Source of the DNA: Escherichia phage FL23
Sequence record: PP400787
DNA length: 64,000 bases
Direction: 5' to 3' (one strand)
Below, in pieces: positions 39,137 to 50,083 of this stretch; within the stretch, counting starts at the first letter, position 1, and the number at the start of each line of letters is the position of its first letter. The translations under genes were made by a program, and so were the position numbers. The notes below the pieces were generated by a model. It did no database searches and was not told the DNA's origin. It was given only the letters and a program-made list of their open reading frames with translations.

Positions 39137-41115
39137 TGTGATATAGGCTCCAAATCGATAGTTAAGTATTGTGGACGTAAGTCATTTTCAAATACAATCA
39201 GTGAACCGTCGCGAGTAAAGATAACATCATCGGTTGGGTCAGAATATAATTCGATGGTCTGAACTTCAAATTTTTCAGATGTTAAATTAATTTTAGCGAT
39301 ATTCCAATAAATCACATCAGCTGGATAATTTATTTCACCGATAACATAGTATTTGTCGCGTCCATCAGAATTTGCTAATTTGTTAAAATCGTTGCCTGTA
39401 TATGGCTGAATGTTTTCATTTTCTGTAACATCGCCAGAAGCAAATGGACCAATAATAACTTTACCAATTCCTTTAGAATCTCGGTCTGTTGATACTATAC
39501 GAACGTCATATAATACATCTTCTTCTAAACCAGTATCAGGATTTACAACCTTTCGTCCAGAATTAAATGAAAACGTATTAGATTCCATAGAACGATCTTT
39601 TATTTGATTATTGTATTTAATACCCGCTTCAGGCGTTTTATAGAAGTTTTGTACTTCACGAACCATTTGAATAGTCGCTGATGAACCAATGACAGAATGA
39701 TCTGCATCATCTACATATGTCAACATCTTAGATTTAGCGAAAGACGAGTTAAAAATTTCTACATCTTCGGTATAATAGCGATCAATTTTATCAATTATTT
39801 GACCTTCAAGCCACTGTTCGGATTCTTGCAGTTTATTTAAAGCATATGTGACTTTTAAATTAGTCTTAATAAAAAGATAATTAGGAGAAATAATTGATGG
39901 CGTAATAGGAGCTAAATTATAGTCTTTGAGATAATTTTTAATATCTTCACGCTGTACAGTAGTTAAATACAGACCTGATTTAGGTTTAGCAGCAATGAAT
40001 GCATAACCAGGTTTAGTAGAATCAGTGAAAGTCTGAACTGCTTGAATAATAGAACCAAATCTCTCTGAAACGAATGTATCATAGTCAGTCGCAGTTACGC
40101 AGCGTTGCTGGGTTTCGCGTTTAATAGTACCCAATTCGCGAATACGTTCAATATCTTCTGGATCGCCGCCGCCATCTGCCCCAACAAAATCTGGGTCATC
40201 GTTTGGATTTTCATTAATGTTGATGACAGTTATATTTGTCAATGTATCTGCATATGAAAATCCGACTGCTCCGTTCGCGTCAGCACCATTAGTACTGATG
40301 TACTCAATGACAATCGTAGAATTCTGAGTAGGTTTAAGACCTCCGATATAATTAGCGGTCAAAGCTCCTTCTGCCGCATTAACAGAAATTTCACCTTCAC
40401 CAAAATAGAATTCAGTGTTTCCATCAATAGTTTCACGCATATAGTAAATCGTTGATGTTGAACCAGCATGAACCATTGACTTTCTTGTCCAGTTAATCCA
40501 TTCTGCTCCATCAACGTATAGTTTAACTTGGTTTCTATCTATATTTTTGTCATAAATGATAATAGGTGTTAATTTATCATAAATGATTTCAGTTCTTACT
40601 ATACGTCCCTGGGCCAATTTTAAACGTGGAAAATATTGGTTATTTTTATCACGAATAGCAATAACATCTTCAGTAGATACAAAGTTGTAAGGATTAACTG
40701 AAGTATCTTTTGCATATGCTAAAAAGCGAGTACCACGAGGAATAGTAATGTAATTTCTATTCAATGCGTCTGTACAAGTTAGCATAATTTCAGTTTGAGC
40801 AGCTGATTTTGAAGTAGGTAAATATCCATTATCTTGTGCCGCTTGAACTACTGAACTACGTAAGTTAGCAGTACGCATAAAGCTTTCATACACGGCAGCA
40901 TTACCAAACTGCTGAATGTATAATGTATTATAAGCCAAAAGGTCGCACAGAACGTTTAATCTCGAGCCTTCAAAATCATAATCCAAAAATTCATTTTGAC
41001 CATTAAGCCATTCAATGAGGTTTTGTTTTATTTCAGCAAACGTACCCCCGACGAATATCTCGGGAATAGCATTTGCTGTTCTTGTTAATTGATAATTTAC
41101 AGGGGTATTTGCCAT
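39133..41115 (-). CDS. 6: Baseplate wedge protein (gp6-like)
   Basis: 660-aa ORF, same length as T4 gp6. Confidence 0.85.
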   Translation of the reverse strand: MANTPVNYQLTRTANAIPEIFVGGTFAEIKQNLIEWLNGQNEFLDYDFEGSRLNVLCDLLAYNTLYIQQFGNAAVYESFMRTANLRSSVVQAAQDNGYLPTSKSAAQTEIMLTCTDALNRNYITIPRGTRFLAYAKDTSVNPYNFVSTEDVIAIRDKNNQYFPRLKLAQGRIVRTEIIYDKLTPIIIYDKNIDRNQVKLYVDGAEWINWTRKSMVHAGSTSTIYYMRETIDGNTEFYFGEGEISVNAAEGALTANYIGGLKPTQNSTIVIEYISTNGADANGAVGFSYADTLTNITVININENPNDDPDFVGADGGGDPEDIERIRELGTIKRETQQRCVTATDYDTFVSERFGSIIQAVQTFTDSTKPGYAFIAAKPKSGLYLTTVQREDIKNYLKDYNLAPITPSIISPNYLFIKTNLKVTYALNKLQESEQWLEGQIIDKIDRYYTEDVEIFNSSFAKSKMLTYVDDADHSVIGSSATIQMVREVQNFYKTPEAGIKYNNQIKDRSMESNTFSFNSGRKVVNPDTGLEEDVLYDVRIVSTDRDSKGIGKVIIGPFASGDVTENENIQPYTGNDFNKLANSDGRDKYYVIGEINYPADVIYWNIAKINLTSEKFEVQTIELYSDPTDDVIFTRDGSLIVFENDLRPQYLTIDLEPISQ

Positions 41116-41123
41116 TTTAAATC

Positions 41124-41417
41124 CTATTTAATGAATACTTTAGATGATGCCTGAGCCACAGTATCACCGCATGATATTGGATCAGCCATTTGAACAGCTT
41201 TCTTTCCAGTGACATATACCTTAGAAGTTCTAGGTTGTGTCACTCCGCCATGTGTTTCATATGGCTTTTTAATTTCTGTATGTTCTGTAATTGGATCGCC
41301 TGCTACTAGAACAGCAATTCCTCCGGTGAATACTTTACTTTGTGTAGCATTCACAACTGTTGGAGGCCATGCTTCATGGCCGGCAGTAACACATTTATCA
41401 TAACTTAATCCTGACAT
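41124..41417 (-). CDS. 5.4: PAAR-repeat spike-tip protein (gp5.4-like)
   Basis: 97-aa ORF, same length as T4 gp5.4; Gly/Val-rich beta-rich sequence between genes 5 and 6. Confidence 0.75.
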
Positions 41418-41972
41418 CTATGACCTCTCATACACATAGCTTCTTAATTTATTAGCCCAACGACTCCAATTTCCAACTATAGTTTTAGTATAATTTTTAA
41501 CGAGAGTTTTTCTTACTGGAGCAGGAGGATCTGTCGGTTCAGTAGTATCAGAAGATGACCTAGAATTACTGCCAGAACCTCCAGATTCACTTTGTTCTTG
41601 GTAGTCATATATTAATGTTACTTCGTAAGTGAATGTCTTCTGGAGGTTTTGAGGAGCTTTCCATAAATACAACTGAGTATCAGAATCAGTAGGAAGTTCT
41701 TCCCATGAAGCAGCAGTTTTAAATTCATCGCCTAAACGATATTTCAACGCGTCATTTCCAAATCCAAACACAGATTCATATGTTCCGTATAAGCGATTTT
41801 CTTCTACTAAAACCCCAGGAGTTTCTTCGTAACTAGTTATATTTATAGATACTAACGTTTCACCTGTTTCTAATTGAGCGGTAAAGGTGACGTCGATAGA
41901 AGAACCTTCCATGGATTCTCCTAAATCAGCGCTCATTGGAAGTATATTAGCCAATGTCAATCCTCGATCCAT
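41418..41972 (-). CDS. Hypothetical protein downstream of gene 5 (5.1-like position)
   Basis: 184 aa from verified ATG (track start is TTG); Ser/Gly-rich C-terminal region. Confidence 0.5.
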
Positions 41973-43674
41973 CAATTGTGTATTGACCAGATGAAATAGA
42001 ACTCATAGATGCCATTTTTTCTGTCCAATCACCACCAACGTCCCAATCAACTGTCCCAGCAACTTTCCAAGAAAGATTTCCATTTACTGTATTAGTCTGA
42101 TTTCCTTCAACTAAAGTGGTAGCATCTCCTTTAACTGTAATGTCAGCATTACCTTCAACTACAATAGTAACATTACCTTTGACTAGGAGAGTTCCATTAC
42201 CTTCAACCGTCTTAGTTTCATCGCCGCGCACAAATATTGTATTGCTTCCATCTATTTGGTGGAGACGATTATCCATGTTGTAATAAATTTCTGATCCACC
42301 GACGTTAGTCTTTTTATCACCGGCTACCAAAAAATTACCATCAGCGTTGGTTATATCATACAAATTATCAACAGTTTTTCTTGTTCTTCTTCCTGACGGT
42401 GATACTTCTTCATAAGTTCCAGTTGGATGAACTAATCTGTATCGTTCTTGCCCAGGGGTATCATCAAATTCCTGAATATGACCGCTTTCAGTTTCCATTG
42501 TGTGAACATACGGATATTCACCTTTATATGAAGAAACAGGTTCTTTAAATAAAATTCTCGAATCATTCGGAATAGGAGGATCAGCTGGATCAGAAGACTT
42601 TGCTACAGTAGCAGCCATTGCTGACAAAGACCTAGACGGTGTTTTCACTTCAATACCGTATGATTCCAAATTACCTGTAAGAATAATCATGGTAACACGA
42701 GATGCACGGCCTTTTGTTTGTTGATACCACAATGAATCACGACCAGCTTTATATGCCTTTTCCCAATCTCCGGCTAACATAGCAGTTAACATTGTGTTAA
42801 ATTTAGCTACACCACCAACGCCCATCTGAAATGCCATATTTTCTAATGCCATTTGACGAGAACGATTAACTGCTTGCCAAACTGGGCCAACTTTAGAATG
42901 TGATTTAATGTCACGTTGCATATCAGCCAAATCACGTTCAAATAAAGTTACCGCTTCTTCCATTGTAATAGAACCTGGATTTCCGGTAATTTCACGACCA
43001 ACCTGTTTTGATAAAACTTTATTAATTTGAGTCATATCACGAACTGGCTGCTTCATGATAAGATGACCAATACCAATTGTCGGATATCCTTCGGTATCCC
43101 AATAAACTTTTAGTCTTAATCCTTCATCGCGGCGAAGCATTTCAGCCATTGACATATTTGGATTATCATCAGTTGGAATCTCTGATAGTGGTCTATCATC
43201 AGGATTTATCGCAGTGTCTAAGTTACTATCTTGGATAATGTTAGAAGACGAATCATATCCTACTTCTCCGCCTTGGTTTAATACATTAGTATCATTTCCT
43301 AAACGTCTAGGATATTGCCCAGTTGGGTCAGAAAATCCTTCAAGTCTATTCGGTTTTTCGCGAACTATTCCACCATACGTGCCAAGGACAATTCCATTAG
43401 TTTTCCATTTGTCTAAAAAATGACCATAAACTCTAGTTCCTTCTACCGGTCCAGTAACGGAGCCTCCAATTCCAGACATTGCTGCAGAAGTTATGGGTTG
43501 AATAACTGACATCCACGGTAATTTATCAGTTGGAATACCCATTACATCGCCTTGTGCTCTTTGAGGTGGATGCAGACCAACTACACGAACACGAACACGA
43601 CCTAATTTTAATGGGTCCATTCTATCTTCAACAACACCAACAAACCAATTAAGGTTATTACTTATCATTTCCAT
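41947..43674 (-). CDS. 5: Baseplate central spike with lysozyme domain (gp5-like)
   Basis: 575-aa ORF, same length as T4 gp5; lysozyme motif EGYPTIGIGHL; C-terminal VxGxxxV beta-helix repeats. Confidence 0.9.
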   Translation of the reverse strand: MEMISNNLNWFVGVVEDRMDPLKLGRVRVRVVGLHPPQRAQGDVMGIPTDKLPWMSVIQPITSAAMSGIGGSVTGPVEGTRVYGHFLDKWKTNGIVLGTYGGIVREKPNRLEGFSDPTGQYPRRLGNDTNVLNQGGEVGYDSSSNIIQDSNLDTAINPDDRPLSEIPTDDNPNMSMAEMLRRDEGLRLKVYWDTEGYPTIGIGHLIMKQPVRDMTQINKVLSKQVGREITGNPGSITMEEAVTLFERDLADMQRDIKSHSKVGPVWQAVNRSRQMALENMAFQMGVGGVAKFNTMLTAMLAGDWEKAYKAGRDSLWYQQTKGRASRVTMIILTGNLESYGIEVKTPSRSLSAMAATVAKSSDPADPPIPNDSRILFKEPVSSYKGEYPYVHTMETESGHIQEFDDTPGQERYRLVHPTGTYEEVSPSGRRTRKTVDNLYDITNADGNFLVAGDKKTNVGGSEIYYNMDNRLHQIDGSNTIFVRGDETKTVEGNGTLLVKGNVTIVVEGNADITVKGDATTLVEGNQTNTVNGNLSWKVAGTVDWDVGGDWTEKMASMSSISSGQYTIDGSRIDIG

Positions 43675-44248
43675 AAGATTTCTCCATTATACGTATAAGG
43701 TCGTTCATAAATGAATTGATGTCTGATTTTGCTATTATTTTTATTTGACGAAGTTTTTCATTTTCAAGAACAGCAGCTTCATACGTATCGACCGCAGCAA
43801 GTGCTCCTTCATATTGAGGATATTTTCTAGCTTTATCGCCTTTGTCATACCAAACATATGGATTATCATCGTATGATATTAAATTATAAAATTTTTCACC
43901 GTTCTCATTCACATGATATACTATTTGGTCTCCACCTACGTTTTTGTATTTTTGTATAGATGCTTGATAAGCAGCTTCTTGCGAAGTAATCCATCCATAA
44001 TACGGATCATAATTATCATTACACATCAATAAAACCCAATACAACTGCGGATTTCCATATATAGTATTTGCTAATTCTTCCGGGCGTGGTGAACCTTTGA
44101 TATAATAAGTACGTAAGCGGTATCCCGCAAGAGCGCGTTTAAAATAGTCTTTATAGTTTCTAAAAATATCTGTCATAGGAATAGTCGGCGCGTTTTTATT
44201 CACCGTTTTGGCCGCATATTCAATCGGATCAAAAAATGTAAAGAGCAT
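43658..44248 (-). CDS. 53: Baseplate wedge protein (gp53-like)
   Basis: 196-aa ORF, same length as T4 gp53; first gene of the minus-strand block. Confidence 0.8.
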   Translation of the reverse strand: MLFTFFDPIEYAAKTVNKNAPTIPMTDIFRNYKDYFKRALAGYRLRTYYIKGSPRPEELANTIYGNPQLYWVLLMCNDNYDPYYGWITSQEAAYQASIQKYKNVGGDQIVYHVNENGEKFYNLISYDDNPYVWYDKGDKARKYPQYEGALAAVDTYEAAVLENEKLRQIKIIAKSDINSFMNDLIRIMEKSYGNDK

Positions 44249-44261
44249 GGGCCCTCCTGTT

Positions 44262-44284
44262 TATAAATATATTATCTATTTATA
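44262..44284. promoter_or_regulatory. Divergent late promoters: TATAAATA plus strand 44262-44269 (gene 4) and minus strand 44277-44284 (gene 53)
   Basis: Two exact late-core octamers on opposite strands in the 47-bp divergent intergenic region, each 27-29 nt from its ATG. Confidence 0.55.
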
Positions 44285-44295
44285 AGGAGAATCCA

Positions 44296-44748
44296 ATGGC
44301 ATATTCTGGAAAATGGGTTCCTAAAAATATATCAAAATATAGAGGTGACCCTAAAAAAATTACGTATAGATCAAATTGGGAAAAATTCTTTTTTGAATGG
44401 TTAGATAAAAATCCAGAAATTATTGCATGGGGTAGTGAAACAGCAGTAATTCCTTATTTTTGTAATGCAGAAGGGAAAAAACGTAGATACTTCATGGATA
44501 TTTGGATGAAAGATTCTTCTGGACAAGAATTTTTTATTGAAATAAAACCTAAAAAAGAAACACAACCACCAGTTAAACCAGCACATCTAACAACCGCAGC
44601 GAAGAAAAGATTTATGAATGAAATTTATACATATTCTGTTAATACCGACAAATGGAAAGCAGCGCAAGCTTTAGCTGAAAAGCGTGGAATAAAATTTAGA
44701 ATTCTGACAGAAGATGGATTACGAGCTCTTGGCTTTAAGGGGGCATAA
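44296..44748 (+). CDS. 4: Head completion protein (gp4-like)
   Basis: 150-aa ORF, same length as T4 gp4; SD aaggag. Confidence 0.75.
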   Translation: MAYSGKWVPKNISKYRGDPKKITYRSNWEKFFFEWLDKNPEIIAWGSETAVIPYFCNAEGKKRRYFMDIWMKDSSGQEFFIEIKPKKETQPPVKPAHLTTAAKKRFMNEIYTYSVNTDKWKAAQALAEKRGIKFRILTEDGLRALGFKGA

Positions 44749-45575
44749 TGGCTATTTTTCAAATAATTAATGAAAGCACTCCCCAAGTTCCAAAGGTTAA
44801 GCAATCATTAAACGAAAAGAAATGGATTCAGATAGGTCTTGAATATAAAAAGGCCAAAGCAAAAGGAATGACAGGAAAGCAATTTGCTGAAGAAAGAGGA
44901 ATCAAATACTCTACGTTTACTTCAGCAATGTCAAAATATGCTTCAGGAATTAAAACGGCTGAAAAGATTCAAAAGCTTGAATCAAAACCAATGAATAAAC
45001 TCAATAAGCAAGAAAGACAACTGCTTATGATAAATTCATTCAGACAAACATTGCGCGATAAAATTCGTAATGAAGGTGCAGCAATTAATAATAAAACCAG
45101 AAAATGGTTTGCTGAAACTATTAAGCAAGTAAAAGGACATAAAGTTGTTCGCCCGCAACCGGGACGAATATATGCTTTTGCTTATGACGCTAAACACAAG
45201 GAAACTCTTCCTTACTGGGATAAATTTCCTTTGATAATTTACCTTGGCTTAGGTAAGCATAACTTAATGTACGGATTAAACTTGCACTATATTCCACCTA
45301 AAGCTCGTCAGCAATTCCTAGAAGAGCTTTTAAAGCAATATGCAAATACACCTACTATTACTAATAAAACGAAATTAAAAATTGATTGGAGTCAAGTGAA
45401 AGGATTTAGGGGTGCAGACCAAATGATTAAGGCATATATACCTGGTAATATTATGGGTAGCCTTGTTGAAATCGCCCCGAAAGACTGGGCGAACGTTGTG
45501 TTAATGCCACTCCAAAGCTTCTACTCAAAAGGAAAACGTTTCTCTGCAAACAAAGTTTGGAGCAATGTACGATGA
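44748..45575 (+). CDS. 2: DNA end protector protein (gp2-like)
   Basis: 275-aa ORF; size close to T4 gp2; TAATG coupling to gene 4. Confidence 0.75.
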   Translation: MAIFQIINESTPQVPKVKQSLNEKKWIQIGLEYKKAKAKGMTGKQFAEERGIKYSTFTSAMSKYASGIKTAEKIQKLESKPMNKLNKQERQLLMINSFRQTLRDKIRNEGAAINNKTRKWFAETIKQVKGHKVVRPQPGRIYAFAYDAKHKETLPYWDKFPLIIYLGLGKHNLMYGLNLHYIPPKARQQFLEELLKQYANTPTITNKTKLKIDWSQVKGFRGADQMIKAYIPGNIMGSLVEIAPKDWANVVLMPLQSFYSKGKRFSANKVWSNVR

Positions 45576-46230
45576 ATTATGAAAAAATTTATAATTCACT
45601 AATTGATAGGGCTCGCAATAGAGCCCTTACTGGATATAAAGAAAGACATCATATTATTCCGAAATGTTTAGGCGGTAGTAATGATGCTTCTAACTTGGTT
45701 GATTTAACTCCAGAAGAGCATTATGTTGCACATCAGCTATTAGTAAAAATCACCCAAATTCTTTAAAATTATCTTATGCAGCCATAAAAATGACGGTTTC
45801 AACTAAATATGTTAGGAGAAATAATAAAGTTTATGGTTGGTTAAAAAGAAAACATGCAAATAATATTTCAAATACACAAACTGGACGAAAATATTATAAT
45901 AATGGTAAAAGATGTATAAAATTGCATGATGGAGATATAATTCCTGAGGGATTTATTTTAGGAAGAGGATGGAGTCCGACACAAGGAACAACTCATTCTA
46001 GAAAAAATGACACATTTAAAAACAAAAAGCTTCAATCTGCTTTAGCTAATAAACGGTGGGAAAAAGAAAAGAAAATAATGTTAGATAACTTTGGAGTTAA
46101 CACTATTGATGAAGCAAAGAAAATTGTTCTTGATTTTAAATCAACTTGTCATCTAAGATATTGGCGAAAGCCAACTTTAGAAAAATTTCCATTTATGACT
46201 TCTGCTCGTTTAAGAAGTCTAATAAATTAA
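45572..46230 (+). pseudogene. HNH homing endonuclease, reading frame interrupted at an A5 run (HNH segment 45572-45766; DNA-binding segment continues to 46230)
   Basis: HNH motif ERHHIIPKCLGGSNDASNLVDLTPEEHYVAH in frame 2 stops at 45764-45766; frame 1 is open from 45703 and reads ...NHPNSLKLSYAAIKMTVSTKYV...NGKRCIKLHDGDIIPEGFILGR (Seg-like DNA-binding tail); one extra A at 45745-45749 would fuse them into about 219 aa. Confidence 0.6.
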
Positions 46231-46336
46231 TTCTATTATCTTCCATTCTTTTCTGTTGTTTGTTCTAAATGGAATTGAATGGAAGGGACTTAGACCCATT
46301 ATACCACCAACATTTATAAAGCATTATGAGGAATAT

Positions 46337-46867
46337 ATGTCGCAAGCACTGCAACAAATTTTTAACCAAGCAAATACAACTAACTTTGTAGTATCAATAC
46401 CACATAGTAATACTACATCTGCTTTTACTTTAAATGCTCAGTCAGTTCCTATTCCAGGAATTAGAATACCTGTTACTGATACCGTGACTGGGCCGTTTGG
46501 ACTGGGCCGAGCACAACGTCCAGGTGCTACATTTGAGTACGATCCACTCATCGTGAGATTTATAGTTGATGAAGAACTTAAGTCATGGATAGGAATGTAT
46601 GAATGGATGCTAGGAACTAGCAACTATCTTACAGGTGAAAATACTGCCCAAAAAACAGGTCCTGAATACATTACGCTTTACATTTTAGATAATAGCAAAA
46701 CTGAAATCGTGATGTCAATAAATTTTTATAAGCCTTGGGTTTCTGACCTGTCTGAAGTAGAATTTAGCTATACGGAAGATTCAGACCCGGCTTTAGTATG
46801 TACAGCAACGATTCCTTATACGTATTTTCAAGTAGAAAAAGATGGAAAAATTATAGCGGAAGTTTAA
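46337..46867 (+). CDS. 3: Tail completion / sheath stabiliser (gp3-like)
   Basis: 176 aa from ATG 46337 with SD gaggaa (track ORF starts at upstream TTG); matches T4 gp3 length. Confidence 0.75.
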   Translation: MSQALQQIFNQANTTNFVVSIPHSNTTSAFTLNAQSVPIPGIRIPVTDTVTGPFGLGRAQRPGATFEYDPLIVRFIVDEELKSWIGMYEWMLGTSNYLTGENTAQKTGPEYITLYILDNSKTEIVMSINFYKPWVSDLSEVEFSYTEDSDPALVCTATIPYTYFQVEKDGKIIAEV

Positions 46868-46891
46868 TGCTTCAGTTTCATGTGTTATAAT
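46866..46891 (+). promoter_or_regulatory. Middle-mode promoter for gene 1
   Basis: MotA-box-like aaTGCTTCA (46866-46874) and TATAAT (46886-46891). Confidence 0.5.
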
Positions 46892-46916
46892 CTTAACTAA
46901 ATTTGAGGAGAAACAT

Positions 46917-47641
46917 ATGAAACTAATCTTTTTAAGCGGTGTAAAGCGTAGTGGAAAAGATACTACTGCTGATTTTATCATGAGCAATTATTCTGCAGTT
47001 AAATACCAACTTGCTGGTCCTATTAAGGATGCATTGGCTTATGCATGGGGAGTATTTGCAGCAAATACCGACTATCCTTGCTTAACTCGTAAAGAGTTTG
47101 AAGGAATTGACTATGATCGTGAGACTAATTTAAATCTAACTAAATTAGAAGTAATCACGATTATGGAACAAGCATTTTGCTATCTTAATGGTAAAAGCCC
47201 AATTAAAGGTGTGTTTGTTTTTGATGACGAAGGACAAGAATCAGTTAATTCCGTAGCATTTAACAAGATTATTGACGTTATAAATAATATTGAAGATCAA
47301 TGGTCAGTCCGTCGTCTGATGCAAGCCCTAGGTACGGATTTGATTGTTAATAACTTCGACCGCATGTACTGGGTAAAATTATTTGCTTTAGATTATCTTG
47401 ATAAATTTAACTCAGGTTATGATTATTATATCGTTCCTGATACTCGTCAAGATCATGAAATGGATGCGGCTAGGGCGATGGGTGCTACAGTAATTCATGT
47501 AGTTCGTCCTGGTCAAAAATCCAATGATACACATATTACAGAAGCTGGATTGCCAATTCGTGATGGCGATTTAGTAATTACAAACGATGGTTCTCTTGAA
47601 GAACTTTTTTCTAAAATTAAAAATACACTAAAGGTACTATA

Positions 47642-47642
<1 letters not shown>
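46917..47642 (+). CDS. 1: dNMP kinase (gp1-like)
   Basis: 241-aa ORF, same length as T4 gp1; P-loop-like GVKRSGKDT. Confidence 0.8.
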
Positions 47643-48339
<697 letters not shown>

Positions 48340-48340
48340 T

Positions 48341-48390
48341 TTCACAAAGTTGTTTACATACTGATGAGGTAGTGATACTATTACCTCATC
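48341..48390 (+). promoter_or_regulatory. Early promoter with embedded stem-loop (PeSL-like) upstream of the 85-aa CTS gene
   Basis: tttcacaaagtTGTTTACA, 17-nt spacer, TACTAT (48376-48381); 9-bp inverted repeat gatgaggta/tacctcatc (48363-48371 / 48382-48390) around the -10. Confidence 0.65.
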
Positions 48391-48412
48391 AAAATTAATT
48401 AGGAAAATAAAA

Positions 48413-48670
48413 ATGAAAACTTTCAAAGAGTTTGCTACAAAAACTACTATCACTGAATCTTCCCACGGTATGGAAGTAAAGCTTGGAATGGCTTTAGCTG
48501 AAGCTGAGCGTCTTTTCTCTCGTATTAAAGAACTTGCTGCTGCGGTCGATCCTTCATCTTTTAAAGGAGACCAAACTAAAGTTAAAGCACTTTTAGCATT
48601 ATGCTCCGATGCAGGAGAAATTGCTAAAAATGGCTCTAAGATGAAGAAACGATTAGAAGATTTAAAATAA
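48413..48670 (+). CDS. Internal-protein-like capsid-targeted protein (CTS MKTFKEFATK...)
   Basis: 85-aa ORF with N-terminal CTS-like motif; paralogous to ORF 56353-56634 (shared EIAKNGSxMKxRLE). Confidence 0.6.
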   Translation: MKTFKEFATKTTITESSHGMEVKLGMALAEAERLFSRIKELAAAVDPSSFKGDQTKVKALLALCSDAGEIAKNGSKMKKRLEDLK

Positions 48671-48720
48671 TTTCACAAAGTTGTTTACATAGGGTTTTAG
48701 TTGTGATACTATTACCCTAT
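48671..48720 (+). promoter_or_regulatory. Early promoter with embedded stem-loop (PeSL-like)
   Basis: tttcacaaagtTGTTTACA, spacer, TACTAT (48707-48712); inverted repeat atagggt/accctat (48689-48695 / 48714-48720). Confidence 0.65.
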
Positions 48721-48746
48721 CAAAACAAAACCAAATGGAAATCAAA

Positions 48747-48980
48747 ATGAAAACTTACCAAGAATTTATTGCTGAAACTGCTGATGTAAAAGTTGAGTTT
48801 ATTTACACTGGCAAGAAAGATAAAATGGGTGAAATGCCTCATGGAGTTCTTCGTGATGCATTAGATAATTTCGGTCAACTCGCCGCAGAAGATTACGGTG
48901 ATAAAATTGTTGTTACTGGTCCTGCTGCAGTTATTGAAAAATGGGCAGCAGAAAATAAATCAATTTTTCGTAAAAAATAA
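48747..48980 (+). CDS. Internal-protein-like capsid-targeted protein (CTS MKTYQEFIAE...)
   Basis: 77 aa from the second in-frame ATG (48747), which gives the canonical MKTYQEFIAE start; position after 57B corresponds to the ipI locus. Confidence 0.6.
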   Translation: MKTYQEFIAETADVKVEFIYTGKKDKMGEMPHGVLRDALDNFGQLAAEDYGDKIVVTGPAAVIEKWAAENKSIFRKK

Positions 48981-49020
48981 GTTTACTTTTAGATAGGGTA
49001 GTGATACTATTACCCTATCT
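48981..49020 (+). promoter_or_regulatory. Early promoter with embedded stem-loop (PeSL-like)
   Basis: GTTTACT, spacer, TACTAT (49005-49010); perfect 10-bp inverted repeat agatagggta/taccctatct (48991-49000 / 49011-49020). Confidence 0.65.
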
Positions 49021-49038
49021 ACTACTGAGGAGAATAAA

Positions 49039-49224
49039 ATGAAACGTTGTGAATTAATTCGAAATGTTGCTATTGCAATTTCTGCTTCCGCTTTTAGTTT
49101 TTCAATGTTTGTTGGATTTATATGTGGATTATTGACTACAGCAGAAAATGTGTTTTCACTTGTAGTAGCATTTTTAATTGGTTTAATTGCTATTGTTATG
49201 GATAAAATTTCTAAAGGTGAATAA
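49039..49224 (+). CDS. Small hydrophobic membrane protein (61 aa)
   Basis: ATG with SD gaggag; two predicted TM segments. Confidence 0.5.
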   Translation: MKRCELIRNVAIAISASAFSFSMFVGFICGLLTTAENVFSLVVAFLIGLIAIVMDKISKGE

Positions 49225-49622
49225 TGAACGTTGAATATTATGTATATGCGGATTACGAAAATAATCCGTCTAAAGATGAAGATAATCGTTTAGGTGTAGA
49301 TGCTTTCGATTCCCCTGCGGCGGCATGGCAATGGGTTGAAAGAACCGATATTCCTTACCGTTATATTGAAGTGGTTGACCACGCAGGAAACAAGTATCCT
49401 AAGGAAGCATATGTTGCTTCCGGGAAGGTAAATTTCCTTTTGTTTGCAGGTGATAATTATTATCCCCGTGGTGGGTATACCGATTTAATTGCTAAAGCAT
49501 TCTCTGAAGATGAACTCCGTGACATTATCAAAGAAAATGAAAACAAACCGATGGATTCTAATCGCTTTGATTGGTGGCAAATCGTAAATGCTAATACTCA
49601 CACTATTGTTGATGAAGGCTGA
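49224..49622 (+). CDS. Hypothetical protein (132 aa)
   Basis: ORF with ATGA coupling to upstream gene. Confidence 0.5.
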   Translation: MNVEYYVYADYENNPSKDEDNRLGVDAFDSPAAAWQWVERTDIPYRYIEVVDHAGNKYPKEAYVASGKVNFLLFAGDNYYPRGGYTDLIAKAFSEDELRDIIKENENKPMDSNRFDWWQIVNANTHTIVDEG

Positions 49623-49624
49623 TA

Positions 49625-49912
49625 ATGATTCTTTATGCGAAAGTATCATCCATTGAAAATGGATATAAATATGATCAAGACGCGGCTAAAGCTTTGATTG
49701 ATGATTATGGCATTTTAACATGTTTTGAAGTTGAAAAGGTTTACATTGACCGTTCATCTTCTCAAGTTAAATTAGTGAAGGAAGAACGTAAATTTAATAC
49801 AGTAAATTTTGATTTCTTTATTGAAACAGAAAAAGGTCCTCTTGAATATGATATTTTCAAGAATCCTTTGGGTCTTGAATGCATCGTAAATATGTATTAT
49901 TATAAATGGTAA
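49625..49912 (+). CDS. Hypothetical protein (95 aa)
   Basis: Tightly packed ORF, ATG verified. Confidence 0.5.
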   Translation: MILYAKVSSIENGYKYDQDAAKALIDDYGILTCFEVEKVYIDRSSSQVKLVKEERKFNTVNFDFFIETEKGPLEYDIFKNPLGLECIVNMYYYKW

Positions 49913-49913
49913 A

Positions 49914-49940
49914 TATGCTTTAAGAATTATTTGTTATTAT
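49914..49940 (+). promoter_or_regulatory. Putative middle-mode promoter upstream of the tRNA cluster
   Basis: MotA-box-like atTGCTTTA (49914-49922) and TATTAT (49935-49940). Confidence 0.4.
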
Positions 49941-50009
49941 TAACTCATATCGCACTGATTAATACCCTCTATCATCAAGGGTTCTTGCTTAAGAGCCTTT
50001 GTTAATAAT

Positions 50010-50082
50010 TGGGAATTAGCCAAGTTGGTAAGGCACTGGATTTTGATTCCAGGATGCAAAGGTTCGAGTCCTTTATTCCCAG
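50010..50082 (+). tRNA. tRNA-Gln (anticodon UUG)
   Basis: Manual cloverleaf: acceptor tgggaat/attccca, anticodon loop ttttgat, T-arm ggttcgagtcc. Confidence 0.85.
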
Positions 50083-50083
50083 C

